Of a stretch of 64,000 nt of DNA, positions 1-8,771 are shown piece by piece. A program made the translations under genes and the position numbers. How positions within the stretch are numbered: position 1 is the first letter of the stretch; every line of letters begins with the position of its first letter. This DNA is from Myxococcales bacterium (GTDB taxonomy: Bacteria > Myxococcota_A > Polyangia > Polyangiales > Houyiibacteriaceae), in assembly GCA_029862185.1 (NCBI GenBank), contig JAOTXX010000012.1:1787-65786 (forward strand), written 5' to 3'. The notes under the pieces were generated by a model. The model made no database searches, was not told where the DNA came from, and saw nothing but the letters and a program-made list of their open reading frames with translations.

Positions 1-389
1 CTTGGTTCGGAGCAGCCGTTTCCCGGCGTCGCGAGCGACGCGGTACCACTTCGGGCGCCGTTCAGCGCAAGCTCATTCGCGACGCCGAGAGCGCCCTTCA
101 AGCTGACGATCCGAGAGCTTTCTACGACCGTATCGTTGCTTCGATCACCCATACCTTGGACGCTCGGCTCGATGAGCCCGTCGCCGGCCTTCCGCACACT
201 CAGCTCCGTGCCCGACTGACTGCCGAAGGTTTCGACGACGACTTGATGCAGCGGCTCATCAACGAGCTCGAGGGCGCCGACTTCGCGCGCTTCGCGGCGT
301 CCGGCGTGAACCGCGATGAAATGGAGCGCTGCCTGAAACGGACGAGCGCAATCATCGAGCGAATCCAACGGTCGGGGAGTGCAAGCTGA
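1..389 (+). CDS. C-terminal fragment of a BatD-like (Bat/oxygen-tolerance operon) protein; gene begins left of the window
   Basis: Frame 3 is open from nt 3 to the TGA at 387-389. The track shows only the part after an internal TTG at 156. The stop overlaps the ATG of a downstream TPR/SH3 BatE-like gene. Family call rests on context and memory of BatD tails. Confidence 0.4.
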   Translation, partial: WFGAAVSRRRERRGTTSGAVQRKLIRDAESALQADDPRAFYDRIVASITHTLDARLDEPVAGLPHTQLRARLTAEGFDDDLMQRLINELEGADFARFAASGVNRDEMERCLKRTSAIIERIQRSGSAS

Positions 390-1210
390 TGCGCGTCCTC
401 AGCATCGCCGTCGCGCTCGTGGTCGCGCTGCCTTTGGGCTGCTCCGTAGCGTCCGCCCAGCGGGCGCCTCGAGGAACCGGCGAATCCTCGCTGACCGGGA
501 TCTTCGAATCGGCCAACGTAGCCGCCTCGAGGGGCGACCATGCAAACGCAATCGCAGGCTACGGCAAGCTAATCGAAGCGGGGGTTCGCGACCCCGACGT
601 CTATTTCAACCTAGCGACCTCCTACGCCCAATCCGGTGACTACCCCCGCGCCATCCTCAACTACGAGCGAGCGCTCGTGCTGCGCCCAAACGAAAGCAAG
701 GCCTCTGAGAACCTTCGGGATGCGGAAAAGGCCCTCGAAGAGCAACGCGCCGAGCTCGAAGGTGAGGCCACCATTCAGCGCAGCAGCTCGATCAGCGACG
801 CAGCGTACGGAAGCGTCTCGGAAGATGCGCTCGGCTACGTATTGCTGTTCGCGAACCTGGTGTTCTTCATGGCGCTCGCCTGGATCGCCATTGGGCGCCG
901 AAAGCATCGCTGGCTCTACCCTTTGCTGTTCGCTTCGGGCGCGTTCCTCCTAACCTCCGCGCTCGGACTGGCGACCAAAGCAGGCCTGCTCCGCGACGGT
1001 CCGCGGGTCGTGACCCTCGACGATCGCATCCTCCTGCGAGAAGGACCCGACCCACGCGCTCAGCTTCGCGGCGAGGCACGAGGAGGGGACCGGGGAGAGC
1101 TCGTCGATCGAGATCGCGATTTCGTAAAATTGCGGATGGTTAGTGGATTGGAAGGCTGGACAGCGGCCTCGGGGGTGGGGCTGATCGACCGGGACCACGG
1201 TCTCCATTGA
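389..1210 (+). CDS. TPR-repeat membrane protein with C-terminal SH3b-like domain (BatE-like)
   Basis: Signal/lipobox-like N-terminus (ALPLGCSVASA). TPR motifs (YFNLATSYAQSGDYPRAILNYERALVLRP). Central TM segments. C-terminal FVKLRMVSGLEGWTAASGV, SH3b-like. Confidence 0.6.
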   Translation: MRVLSIAVALVVALPLGCSVASAQRAPRGTGESSLTGIFESANVAASRGDHANAIAGYGKLIEAGVRDPDVYFNLATSYAQSGDYPRAILNYERALVLRPNESKASENLRDAEKALEEQRAELEGEATIQRSSSISDAAYGSVSEDALGYVLLFANLVFFMALAWIAIGRRKHRWLYPLLFASGAFLLTSALGLATKAGLLRDGPRVVTLDDRILLREGPDPRAQLRGEARGGDRGELVDRDRDFVKLRMVSGLEGWTAASGVGLIDRDHGLH

Positions 1211-1271
1211 CAAGCCGCATCAACAGAACGACGATGCGTCCCAAACTGGGGTACATAGGAGTGATGAAACG

Positions 1272-1664
1272 ATGACCACGGACGCCAAGACCAAGATCCT
1301 GGTCGCCGACGATGACTTGGAAATCTTGGCGTTGGTGGCGCGGCATTTGAGCGCGCTACCGGCCGAGGTCGTCGAAGCCTCGGATGGCGAAGAAGCGCTT
1401 CGCCTTGCCCAGCGCGAAAAACCGGACCTCGTCGTGCTCGATGTCATGATGCCTGGCATGAGCGGTTGGGAAGTATGCCGCGCCATCCGCGAGGACGAGG
1501 CCTTGAGTGGCACCGGGGTCATCATGCTGACGGGCATCGGCGAGCGACTCAACGAAATGACCTCGCCGCTTTACGGAGCCGACGGCTTCCTCGACAAGCC
1601 CTTCGAGCTCGAACATTTGAGCGCAAAGGTTCGTAAAGTCCTCGACGACCGGGAGTCCGACTGA
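1272..1664 (+). CDS. stand-alone response regulator receiver protein (CheY-like)
   Basis: KILVADDD...DLVVLDVMMPGMSGWEV...MLTG...DKPF receiver signature. 130 aa with no output domain. Confidence 0.85.
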   Translation: MTTDAKTKILVADDDLEILALVARHLSALPAEVVEASDGEEALRLAQREKPDLVVLDVMMPGMSGWEVCRAIREDEALSGTGVIMLTGIGERLNEMTSPLYGADGFLDKPFELEHLSAKVRKVLDDRESD

Positions 1665-1713
1665 ACTTTGGCCCCGTTGCCGCGCACGCGGTATATGTGC
1701 TACCCGGCTGACG

Positions 1714-2673
1714 ATGTCTTGGAAACCTGCCGTCATCATCCTCCTGCCGCTGATCGGTCTGAGCGGCCTAGTCGAGGCAGGCTGCTCAAAGCAGGCTGAC
1801 GACGCTCCCGTTGCCGAAGAAGCATGGCCGCAAAACGGGCTCACCGAAGCGCAAGCCAACGAGGTCTTAGCGAAGGTCGGGGATCGAACAATCACCGTTG
1901 GCGAATTCGCTGACCGGCTCGCATCGCAATCACCCTATCTTCGCGCACGCTTCGAGAGCCCGGAACGACGAAAGGAGTTTCTCGACAACCTCGTACGCTT
2001 CGAGCTTCTGGTCTACGAAGCAAAGCGGCGGGGCTACGAGGACAAGCCTGAAATCAAGCGGGCCCGCCGGAACGCCATGATTCAGCAAATGGTAAAGAAC
2101 GAAATCGACGCGCCGCTCGAAGCTGCGGAAATCGACGACGAAGAAATCAAGGCGATCTACGACGCCGATCCGGATGAGTACAACCGCCCGGCTCAAGTCC
2201 GTGCCAGCCACATCTTCATCGAGGACCGCTCCCGGGCTCAGAAGCTTCTCGCACAAGCCAAAAAGGCCGACCTCGCTGGTTTTCGCAAGATGGCACGCGA
2301 GCAATCCCAAGACGAAAAAACCAAGAGCAGTGGAGGCGACTTGCAGTTCTTCACCGCCGATGAAGAAGGGTCGCCGCCCAAGGCGATCCGCGATGCGGCC
2401 TTTACGATCGCGAAAGTCGGTGTCGTCTATCCCGATCTCGTCGAAGAGGGGGGCGGCTACCATATCATCATGCTGACCGGAAAGCGGGCGCCGCTGACTC
2501 GAACCTACGAGCAGGCCAAGCGGGCGATCCGGCACAAGCTCAACCGCGAGCGTAAAGACGCGGCGGTGGCTGCGCTGACGGAGCGGCTTCGGAAGGACAT
2601 CGACGTCGAGATCGACTACGAAGCTTTGAACGCAATCGAGATTGCAACCGAGGATATCCCACGAAGCCCATGA
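1714..2673 (+). CDS. parvulin-type peptidyl-prolyl cis-trans isomerase (PrsA/PpiD-like), secreted
   Basis: N-terminal signal/lipobox (GLVEAGCS). Parvulin core QVRASHIFI...GGDLQFF...GGYHIIML. Confidence 0.8.
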   Translation: MSWKPAVIILLPLIGLSGLVEAGCSKQADDAPVAEEAWPQNGLTEAQANEVLAKVGDRTITVGEFADRLASQSPYLRARFESPERRKEFLDNLVRFELLVYEAKRRGYEDKPEIKRARRNAMIQQMVKNEIDAPLEAAEIDDEEIKAIYDADPDEYNRPAQVRASHIFIEDRSRAQKLLAQAKKADLAGFRKMAREQSQDEKTKSSGGDLQFFTADEEGSPPKAIRDAAFTIAKVGVVYPDLVEEGGGYHIIMLTGKRAPLTRTYEQAKRAIRHKLNRERKDAAVAALTERLRKDIDVEIDYEALNAIEIATEDIPRSP

Positions 2674-3611
2674 CTCGCCTCCTCGTCGTCGCCGCGATTG
2701 TCCTCGTGCTCACCGCCAACTCGGCGGGTGCAGACGTCATCGAACGCGTGGTGGCGACCGTCAACAACGAGGCGATTTTCCTGAGCGACCTTCGTACGCG
2801 TGCGGTTCCCTTTCTTCCACAGGTCGCGGAGGCGCCGACGGACACCGAGCGGGCGGCGCGTCTCAAGGAGCTCTACGATGAGCTTCTGAACTTCCTGATC
2901 GACGAACAGCTGGTTCGCCAGCTAGCGACCGACAGCGGAATTCGCGTGACCGATGCGGACGTTGACGGCGCCATCGAGAATCTGCGGATGCAGAACAACA
3001 TGACGGAGGCGCAGTTCCAAGAGGCTCTCGACGCACAGGGCTTCACCATGCGGCAGTACCGAAAAGATCTTAAGCGGCAGCTAATTCGTCTCAAAGTGGT
3101 GAACGAGCGCGTCCGCTCACGGGTGAACGTGACCGAGGAAGAGGTTCGCGCCCGATATGAAGAGCGCGCACGGGGCGAAGGCAACGAAATTCGATTTCAC
3201 GTCTCGTACCTGCTGGTGCCCGTTGGGGAGGGAGCGTCGGCCATCCAGGTGGCCGCGAAGCGACAGGAGGCGGTTCAGCTGCGTGCGACCTTGACCCCAG
3301 ATAACTTCGAAGCGCAAGCGCTGGAGCACGGAGGAGGAGACCTCGGATGGTTGACGAAGGGCGACCTGCCCGAGGAGTTGGAGCGAGCGATCCTTCCGCT
3401 CAGCGCCGATGAGATCAGCGAACCGGTGAGGGGCTCCAAGGGGTTTCACATCTTCTTCTTGGAGGAGCGCCAAGTCGGCACGGGTTTCCCATCGTTCGAC
3501 GAGATGAAGCAGGAGCTGTTCCGCGAGATGTTGGACGCGGCGATGATCCGTCAGGAAAAGATTTTTCTCGAAGAGATTCGCCGCAAGGCCGTGATCAACC
3601 GGATGCTCTAG
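2670..3611 (+). CDS. SurA-like periplasmic chaperone / parvulin PPIase
   Basis: Signal peptide. SurA_N-like IERVVATVNNEAIFLSDL. Parvulin core FHVSYLLV...GGDLGWLTKGDLP...GFHIFFLEE. ATGA overlap with the upstream PPIase gene. Confidence 0.75.
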   Translation: MTRLLVVAAIVLVLTANSAGADVIERVVATVNNEAIFLSDLRTRAVPFLPQVAEAPTDTERAARLKELYDELLNFLIDEQLVRQLATDSGIRVTDADVDGAIENLRMQNNMTEAQFQEALDAQGFTMRQYRKDLKRQLIRLKVVNERVRSRVNVTEEEVRARYEERARGEGNEIRFHVSYLLVPVGEGASAIQVAAKRQEAVQLRATLTPDNFEAQALEHGGGDLGWLTKGDLPEELERAILPLSADEISEPVRGSKGFHIFFLEERQVGTGFPSFDEMKQELFREMLDAAMIRQEKIFLEEIRRKAVINRML

Positions 3612-3622
3612 GCTGGGCGCCC

Positions 3623-4405
3623 ATGAGCGGACATGTGAGAATCGAACGGGATGGACCGATTGCGCGGATGGTTTTCGACCACCCAGAGCGCCGCAACGCG
3701 ATCACCGTCGACATGTGGGACGCGATTCCAGATACCGTGCAGACCTTGCAAGAGGACTCCGAGGTTCGAGTCGTGATCATGCGCGGCGCGGGGTCCGAAG
3801 CCTTCGTCTCGGGCGCGGACATTTCGGAGTTCGAAAGGACGCGCACCGGAAATGCCGGACGGGACTACGACGCGCTCACCGCGCGAGCATTCGCCGCCTT
3901 ACAGTCGTTGGAAAAGCCCTTGATCGCATCCATTCACGGCTTTTGCATTGGCGGCGGCGCAGCCATCGCGCTGACAGCCGACCTTCGCTATGCCGCGGAC
4001 GACGCCCGCTTCGCAGTTCCGCCGGCCCGACTCGGCCTCGGCTATCACACGGCCGGTATTCGCACGCTGATCCGAATCGTCGGCTTTTCCGAAACCGCCG
4101 ATCTACTCTTCACGGCGCGACGGGTCGGCGCCGACGAAGCGCGACACATCGGACTGGTGAACGAGGTCTTCGCGAAAAATTCGCTCGACGCGAGCGTAGA
4201 TGAGCTCGCTCAGATGATCGCCACGAACGCCCCGCTCACCATCCGCAGCGCCAAGATCAGCCTGCAGGAGCTCGCCAAGCTCGAAGCCGAACGAGACACC
4301 GCGCGCATCAACGATTCGATCGAGCGGTGCTATCAGAGCGAGGATTTCAGGGAGGGCGTCAGGGCATTCCTAGAGAAAAGGAAGCCGGCGTTCAGCGGCA
4401 AGTAA
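3623..4405 (+). CDS. enoyl-CoA hydratase/isomerase (crotonase) family protein
   Basis: VVIMRGAGSEAFVSGADISEF ... HGFCIGGGAAIALTADLRYA ... EGVRAFLEKRKP, typical crotonase fold motifs. Confidence 0.85.
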   Translation: MSGHVRIERDGPIARMVFDHPERRNAITVDMWDAIPDTVQTLQEDSEVRVVIMRGAGSEAFVSGADISEFERTRTGNAGRDYDALTARAFAALQSLEKPLIASIHGFCIGGGAAIALTADLRYAADDARFAVPPARLGLGYHTAGIRTLIRIVGFSETADLLFTARRVGADEARHIGLVNEVFAKNSLDASVDELAQMIATNAPLTIRSAKISLQELAKLEAERDTARINDSIERCYQSEDFREGVRAFLEKRKPAFSGK

Positions 4406-4485
4406 CGTTGGTCCCCCGCAGCGCAGGAGAACGACTGGCACGAGCGCCGTTCGGGACCTAAGAGAACTTTGCAAGGAGCAAGGCG

Positions 4486-5493
4486 ATGCTAGACAAGCAA
4501 TCCACTGGCCTTCTGGCCTTCTGGCGTGAGTATGATCGCAAGACCTACGTCAAAGCTGCCGTGCTGGCAGACCGCCTGGGATACGACTCGTTCTGGCTCC
4601 CCGAGGTGTGGGGGTACGAAGTCTTCTCCCTGCTCACCGAGATCGCTCTCAAGACGAAGCGGATCAAGATCGGCACCGGCATCATCAACGTGTTCAGCCG
4701 TTCGCCGGCGCTCATCGCCATGCAGGCCGCTACGCTCGACGAGATCAGCGGCGGGCGGTTCATCCTCGGAATCGGCACCAGCGCGAAGAACGTCGTCGAG
4801 GGCCTGCACGGCCGCGACTTCGAAAAGCCGCTCACGCAAACGCGAGATGTCATCCGCGTCGTACGCACTTTGCTCGACGGGCGACCGCTCAGCGAGGCCG
4901 ACACCAAGCTCCGTCGCTACCGGCCGTTCACACTCGACTTCAAGCCAACACGCCGGCACATTCCAATTTATGTGGCCGCTCTCAAACAGAAGTCGATTAC
5001 CAGCATCGGCGAGATGGCGGACGGCTGGATGCCGATTTTCTGGCCGTACAACCGGCTCAGCGATGGCCGTGCCTGGATCGCAGAGGGCGCTGCGAAAGCA
5101 GGCCGCAACCCGAATGAAATCGCGACCGCACCTTTCACCACCGTGATTCCAATCCCCGGGAAGGGTGCTTCGAGGAAAGCGCGGGAGCTCATCTCCTTCT
5201 ACATCGGCGGCATGGGCGACTATTACAAACAGCTCCTAAGCGGCTTTGGCTACGCGGATGAATGCAATGAAATCGCGCGGCTCTACACGGACAAGGCGAC
5301 GCGCAAGATGGCGCCCGATGCGGTGACGGACGATATGATCGAAGCCCTCACGATCTCCGGCGATCCGCTTTATTGCCGCCGCGAGATCGCGCGCCGGCGT
5401 GAGCTCGGCATGGAGCAACCGATCATCAACCTGCCGCCCGGCATGGCATGGCCCGGAATGGCCGCATTCATTACAGCATTGGCTCGAGCGTAA
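4486..5493 (+). CDS. LLM-class (luciferase-like) flavin/F420-dependent oxidoreductase
   Basis: [22 protein letters not shown]...[40 protein letters not shown], a luciferase-like monooxygenase signature. Confidence 0.8.
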   Translation: MLDKQSTGLLAFWREYDRKTYVKAAVLADRLGYDSFWLPEVWGYEVFSLLTEIALKTKRIKIGTGIINVFSRSPALIAMQAATLDEISGGRFILGIGTSAKNVVEGLHGRDFEKPLTQTRDVIRVVRTLLDGRPLSEADTKLRRYRPFTLDFKPTRRHIPIYVAALKQKSITSIGEMADGWMPIFWPYNRLSDGRAWIAEGAAKAGRNPNEIATAPFTTVIPIPGKGASRKARELISFYIGGMGDYYKQLLSGFGYADECNEIARLYTDKATRKMAPDAVTDDMIEALTISGDPLYCRREIARRRELGMEQPIINLPPGMAWPGMAAFITALARA

Positions 5494-5555
5494 CGTCACG
5501 CTGAACACGCGGTGCGCGATCCGGACGTTTCCGAACGGTTTCCAAATCTTAGGTA

Positions 5556-5592
5556 AACAATTACGTATGGATTGTGAACAATTACGTATGGA
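5556..5592 (+). promoter_or_regulatory. two direct copies of AACAATTACGTATGGA (core AATTACGTAT) phased 21 bp apart; putative transcription-factor site
   Basis: Exact 16-mers at 5556-5571 and 5577-5592 in an AT-rich island. The same core pair with the same 21-bp phasing recurs at 51707-51740 on the other strand. Confidence 0.4.
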
Positions 5593-5740
5593 ATAGATTC
5601 GCCAGACCACCTATTAAAGATCCAACAGGGGCTAAGCAGACAGAGATCCAAATCGTGCGCTCAGCCACCTGCTCGACTCCTGAGTTGAGCATCGACGCGG
5701 TCGGTCGGATAACGGGCTGACCGACCGCGTCGTCTTTTTT
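5593..5740 (+). ncRNA. candidate small non-coding RNA (hypothetical; boundaries approximate)
   Basis: ORF-poor ~100 nt between the twin boxes and a perfect intrinsic terminator. Lies between the 3' ends of two convergent genes. No family recognised. Confidence 0.25.
5693..5740 (+). terminator. rho-independent terminator
   Basis: 14-bp perfect stem cgacgcggtcggtc / gaccgaccgcgtcg (5693-5706 / 5719-5732), 12-nt loop, then a T6 run at 5735-5740. Confidence 0.7.
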
Positions 5741-5785
5741 GCATCACGCTTCGTTCAGAAGTCGTAGCTCGAATGGACGGCCAGC

Positions 5786-6196
5786 TCAGGCGCCGTCTGC
5801 CTCGTTGGCTCCGTCTTCGGTCATGATGGCGATTAGCTCGGCCTGTGAGTTGACGTTGGCCTTGCGGAAAATCGCACCAAGTTGCGTCGTCACCGTGCGC
5901 AGGGAAGCGTTGCGCCGCTCGGCGATCTCTTTGACAGTGAGGCCTTCGAGTACGGCATCGATGATTTCGTGCTCCGCCGAGGTGGTGCCTTCGGGATAGC
6001 GCAACTGCGGAAGCGGGACGCTCAAAACGAGGATGTCCTCTCCTCCCACCCGCATCCGGCTCACGCAGGGCCCTGCGTCCGAGTCCGGATTTGACGGCGG
6101 GTCTGCGCTACTAGGCGGACCCTTTCCGTCCTTTGAACCAGAGTCAGTGGTCACACCGGGACGTAAACAAACTGCAGCCGTCAGGTCAAGATTCAA
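5786..6196 (-). CDS. LuxR/GerE-family HTH transcriptional regulator (true start may be the internal ATG at 6055)
   Basis: C-terminal LTVKEIAERRNASLRTVTTQLGAIFRKANVNSQAELI is a GerE-type HTH. The N-terminal 47 aa are low-complexity. Confidence 0.65.
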   Translation of the reverse strand: MNLDLTAAVCLRPGVTTDSGSKDGKGPPSSADPPSNPDSDAGPCVSRMRVGGEDILVLSVPLPQLRYPEGTTSAEHEIIDAVLEGLTVKEIAERRNASLRTVTTQLGAIFRKANVNSQAELIAIMTEDGANEADGA

Positions 6197-6201
6197 GAGC
6201 G

Positions 6202-7344
6202 TTAGAGCCCCATCTGCTTGGCGATGATCACCTTCATGATTTCGCTGGTCCCCGCATAGATACGTTGAACGCGGGCATCGACATACGCGCGACTGATCGG
6301 GTACTCGAGCATGTAGCCATAGCCCCCGTAGAGCTGAAGACAGGCGTCCACGATGCGGCCCTGCATCTCAGTCTGCCAGAGCTTGGCCATCGAGCACTCC
6401 TTCACGAGGTATTCCCCGGCAACGTGCCGTCCGACGAGACTGTCCAAGAAGGCCCTACCCACCTCGATTTCGGTCGCGCATTGCGCCAGCGTGAACTGCG
6501 TATTCTGGAACTTGGAAATCGAGCGTCCGAAGGCTTGGCGCTCTTGCGTGTAGGCGATCGCGTCTTCGAGGACTTTCTCGGCGCTGGCTTGCGAAATGAT
6601 CGCCACGCAGAGCCGCTCTTGCTGAAGCTGCTGCATGAGCATCATGAAGCCCATGCCTTCTTGACCCAGCAGGTTCCCCGCAGGGATTCGACAATCGTCG
6701 AACGCGAGCTCGGCGGTGTCTTGGCTTTCCATGCCCATTTTCTCGAGCTTGCGGCTCCTGATGAAACCCGGAGCATCCCTTTCAACGACGAACAGCGACA
6801 CGCTGCGGTGCGGGTCGTCGGAGTTTGCGGTTCTGGCCGCGACGACGACGAGGTCGCAGCTCATGCCGTTCGAGATGAAGGTCTTCGCGCCGTTGATCAC
6901 GTACTCGCCGCCGTCGCGTTTGGCGGTGGTCGCAATCGCCGCTAGGTCGGAACCGGTGCCCGGCTCGGTCATCGCCAAGGCGGTGACGGTTTGACCGGCA
7001 GCACAGCCGGGCAACCACTTGGACTTCTGCTCGGGGGTGGCGAAGGCGTGGATGTAGGGAACGATGATGTCGGAGTGAAGGCTGGCCGCCCAGCCGGACT
7101 CGTAGGCTCGGGAGAGCTCCTCCATGACGATCACCGAATGGAGAAAGTCGCCCCCGGCGCCGCCGTACTCCTCTTCCATCCATGGACACAGAAAGCCCGC
7201 CTCACCGGCTTCCAGCCAGATTTCACGGTCAACCACCCCTTGCGCTCGCCACTTGGCTTGCTTCGGGAGGACCCGGGTTTCGACGAACCGCCGGAAGTTG
7301 CTTCGGAAGATCTCGTGTTCCTCGGAAAACAGGTGTCGCTCCAT
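6202..7344 (-). CDS. acyl-CoA dehydrogenase
   Basis: 380 aa. ALAMTEPGTGSDLA, FISNG, QERQAFG, YAGTSEIMKVIIAKQ: canonical ACAD motifs. Confidence 0.9.
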   Translation of the reverse strand: MERHLFSEEHEIFRSNFRRFVETRVLPKQAKWRAQGVVDREIWLEAGEAGFLCPWMEEEYGGAGGDFLHSVIVMEELSRAYESGWAASLHSDIIVPYIHAFATPEQKSKWLPGCAAGQTVTALAMTEPGTGSDLAAIATTAKRDGGEYVINGAKTFISNGMSCDLVVVAARTANSDDPHRSVSLFVVERDAPGFIRSRKLEKMGMESQDTAELAFDDCRIPAGNLLGQEGMGFMMLMQQLQQERLCVAIISQASAEKVLEDAIAYTQERQAFGRSISKFQNTQFTLAQCATEIEVGRAFLDSLVGRHVAGEYLVKECSMAKLWQTEMQGRIVDACLQLYGGYGYMLEYPISRAYVDARVQRIYAGTSEIMKVIIAKQMGL

Positions 7345-7457
7345 GGTGCTCCCTCGACTGAATCGCCATTCATTTACCCCAGCCGCCCGTTGCTGGCAAG
7401 CTCGGTCCGGCGCGGCTGCCTTGCCCGGGCAGACCTCCGTATCTATGGTCCCGCGCG

Positions 7458-8771
7458 ATGCGCCGCCGACCGGCTCGGTTTTTCCTTCTGCTTTTTTTGT
7501 TCGCGGCGATTCCAGCTACTGCGCTGGCAAGCGGCGATGGTCACGGGCTGAGTTACGAGGTCTGGCTGATCCTAGCCGCGATGATCCTCGCTGCGAAGCT
7601 CGGCGGCGAAGTCGCGGTGCGCCTGAATCAGCCATCCGTCCTGGGTGAGCTCTGCGTCGGCATCGTGCTCGGAAACCTGAGTCTCCTCGGCATCCATACG
7701 TTCGATGGCGCGGCCGAGCTGGTGCCGGTCGAATTCCTCGCGGAGCTCGGCGTCGTCCTCTTGCTCTTCGAGGTCGGCCTCGAGTCGACCCTGACCGAAA
7801 TGCGCGCGGTCGCACCGACATCAGGACTCGTGGCAATCATCGGCGTCGTCGCACCCATGGCACTCGGGTACGGCGTGAGCCTATGGCTGCTTCCCGAGGA
7901 GCCGTTTTCGCTCCACCTCTTCATCGGTGCGACGCTCGCCGCAACGAGCGTGGGGATTACTGCGCGTGTCTTGAAGGACCTCAATGCGATGGCCCGCCCC
8001 GAGACTCGCGTCATCCTCGGCGCGGCGGTCATCGACGACGTCCTCGGCCTCATCGTCCTTGCAGTGGTCGCGAGCATTGCCGAATTCGGTGCGATGCCGG
8101 GGCCGCTGGACCTCACGAGGATCATCGGGCTGGCGGCCGGCTTCCTCATCGGCGCGCTCCTTTTGGGCGCCTACGTCATGCCCGGCGTCTTCCGTTTCGC
8201 CTCGAGGCTGCGGACCCAGGATGTCCTGGCCGCAGTCGCGATCGGCCTTTGCCTGCTTCTTGCCGGCATTTCCGGTGCCGCAGGGCTCGCACCGATCGTA
8301 GGCGCATTCGCGGCAGGGCTAATCCTCGACGAGGTCCACGTCAGGCCGTTCGACCGCAAATCTGCACATGACCTGACGGAGATCATCGGACCCATCGTCG
8401 CCGTGATGGCCCCGATCTTCTTCGTTCGCACGGGCATGATGGTCAAGCTCGGAGGCATTGGAACGGAGCCCCTATTCCTCGCACTTGCGCTGACCGTCGT
8501 CGCGATCGTCGGAAAGCTCGTTTCGGGCCTGGGCGTTCGCGGCACGACTGCGGACCGGTTGACCGTCGGCATCGGCATGATCCCTCGCGGTGAGGTCGGG
8601 CTCATCTTCGCCAACGTCGGCGCAGGCATCACGTTCGACGGCGAACCGCTCATCGCTGCGGGCGTGTATGCAGCCATCGTTCTCATGGTGATGGCCACCA
8701 CGGTCGTGACGCCTCCTTGGCTAGCCCAGCGCATCCGACAGGTCATGCGCATGCAACCCGATGTCGCTTGA
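7458..8771 (+). CDS. cation:proton antiporter (CPA2 / Na+-H+ exchanger family)
   Basis: About 12 predicted TM helices. LGELCVGIVLG, ELGVVLLLFEVGLE, IPRGEVGLIFA motifs. Confidence 0.8.
   Translation: MRRRPARFFLLLFLFAAIPATALASGDGHGLSYEVWLILAAMILAAKLGGEVAVRLNQPSVLGELCVGIVLGNLSLLGIHTFDGAAELVPVEFLAELGVVLLLFEVGLESTLTEMRAVAPTSGLVAIIGVVAPMALGYGVSLWLLPEEPFSLHLFIGATLAATSVGITARVLKDLNAMARPETRVILGAAVIDDVLGLIVLAVVASIAEFGAMPGPLDLTRIIGLAAGFLIGALLLGAYVMPGVFRFASRLRTQDVLAAVAIGLCLLLAGISGAAGLAPIVGAFAAGLILDEVHVRPFDRKSAHDLTEIIGPIVAVMAPIFFVRTGMMVKLGGIGTEPLFLALALTVVAIVGKLVSGLGVRGTTADRLTVGIGMIPRGEVGLIFANVGAGITFDGEPLIAAGVYAAIVLMVMATTVVTPPWLAQRIRQVMRMQPDVA

Noticed and set aside
5654-5719. 21-codon GTG ORF (VRSATCSTPELSIDAVGRITG) inside the candidate sRNA region, and the 65-aa ORF 5399..5596 across the twin boxes
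   Set aside because: No ribosome-binding site was seen. The short ORF runs into the terminator hairpin. The 65-aa ORF overlaps the end of the LLM gene in another frame and simply translates the direct repeat.
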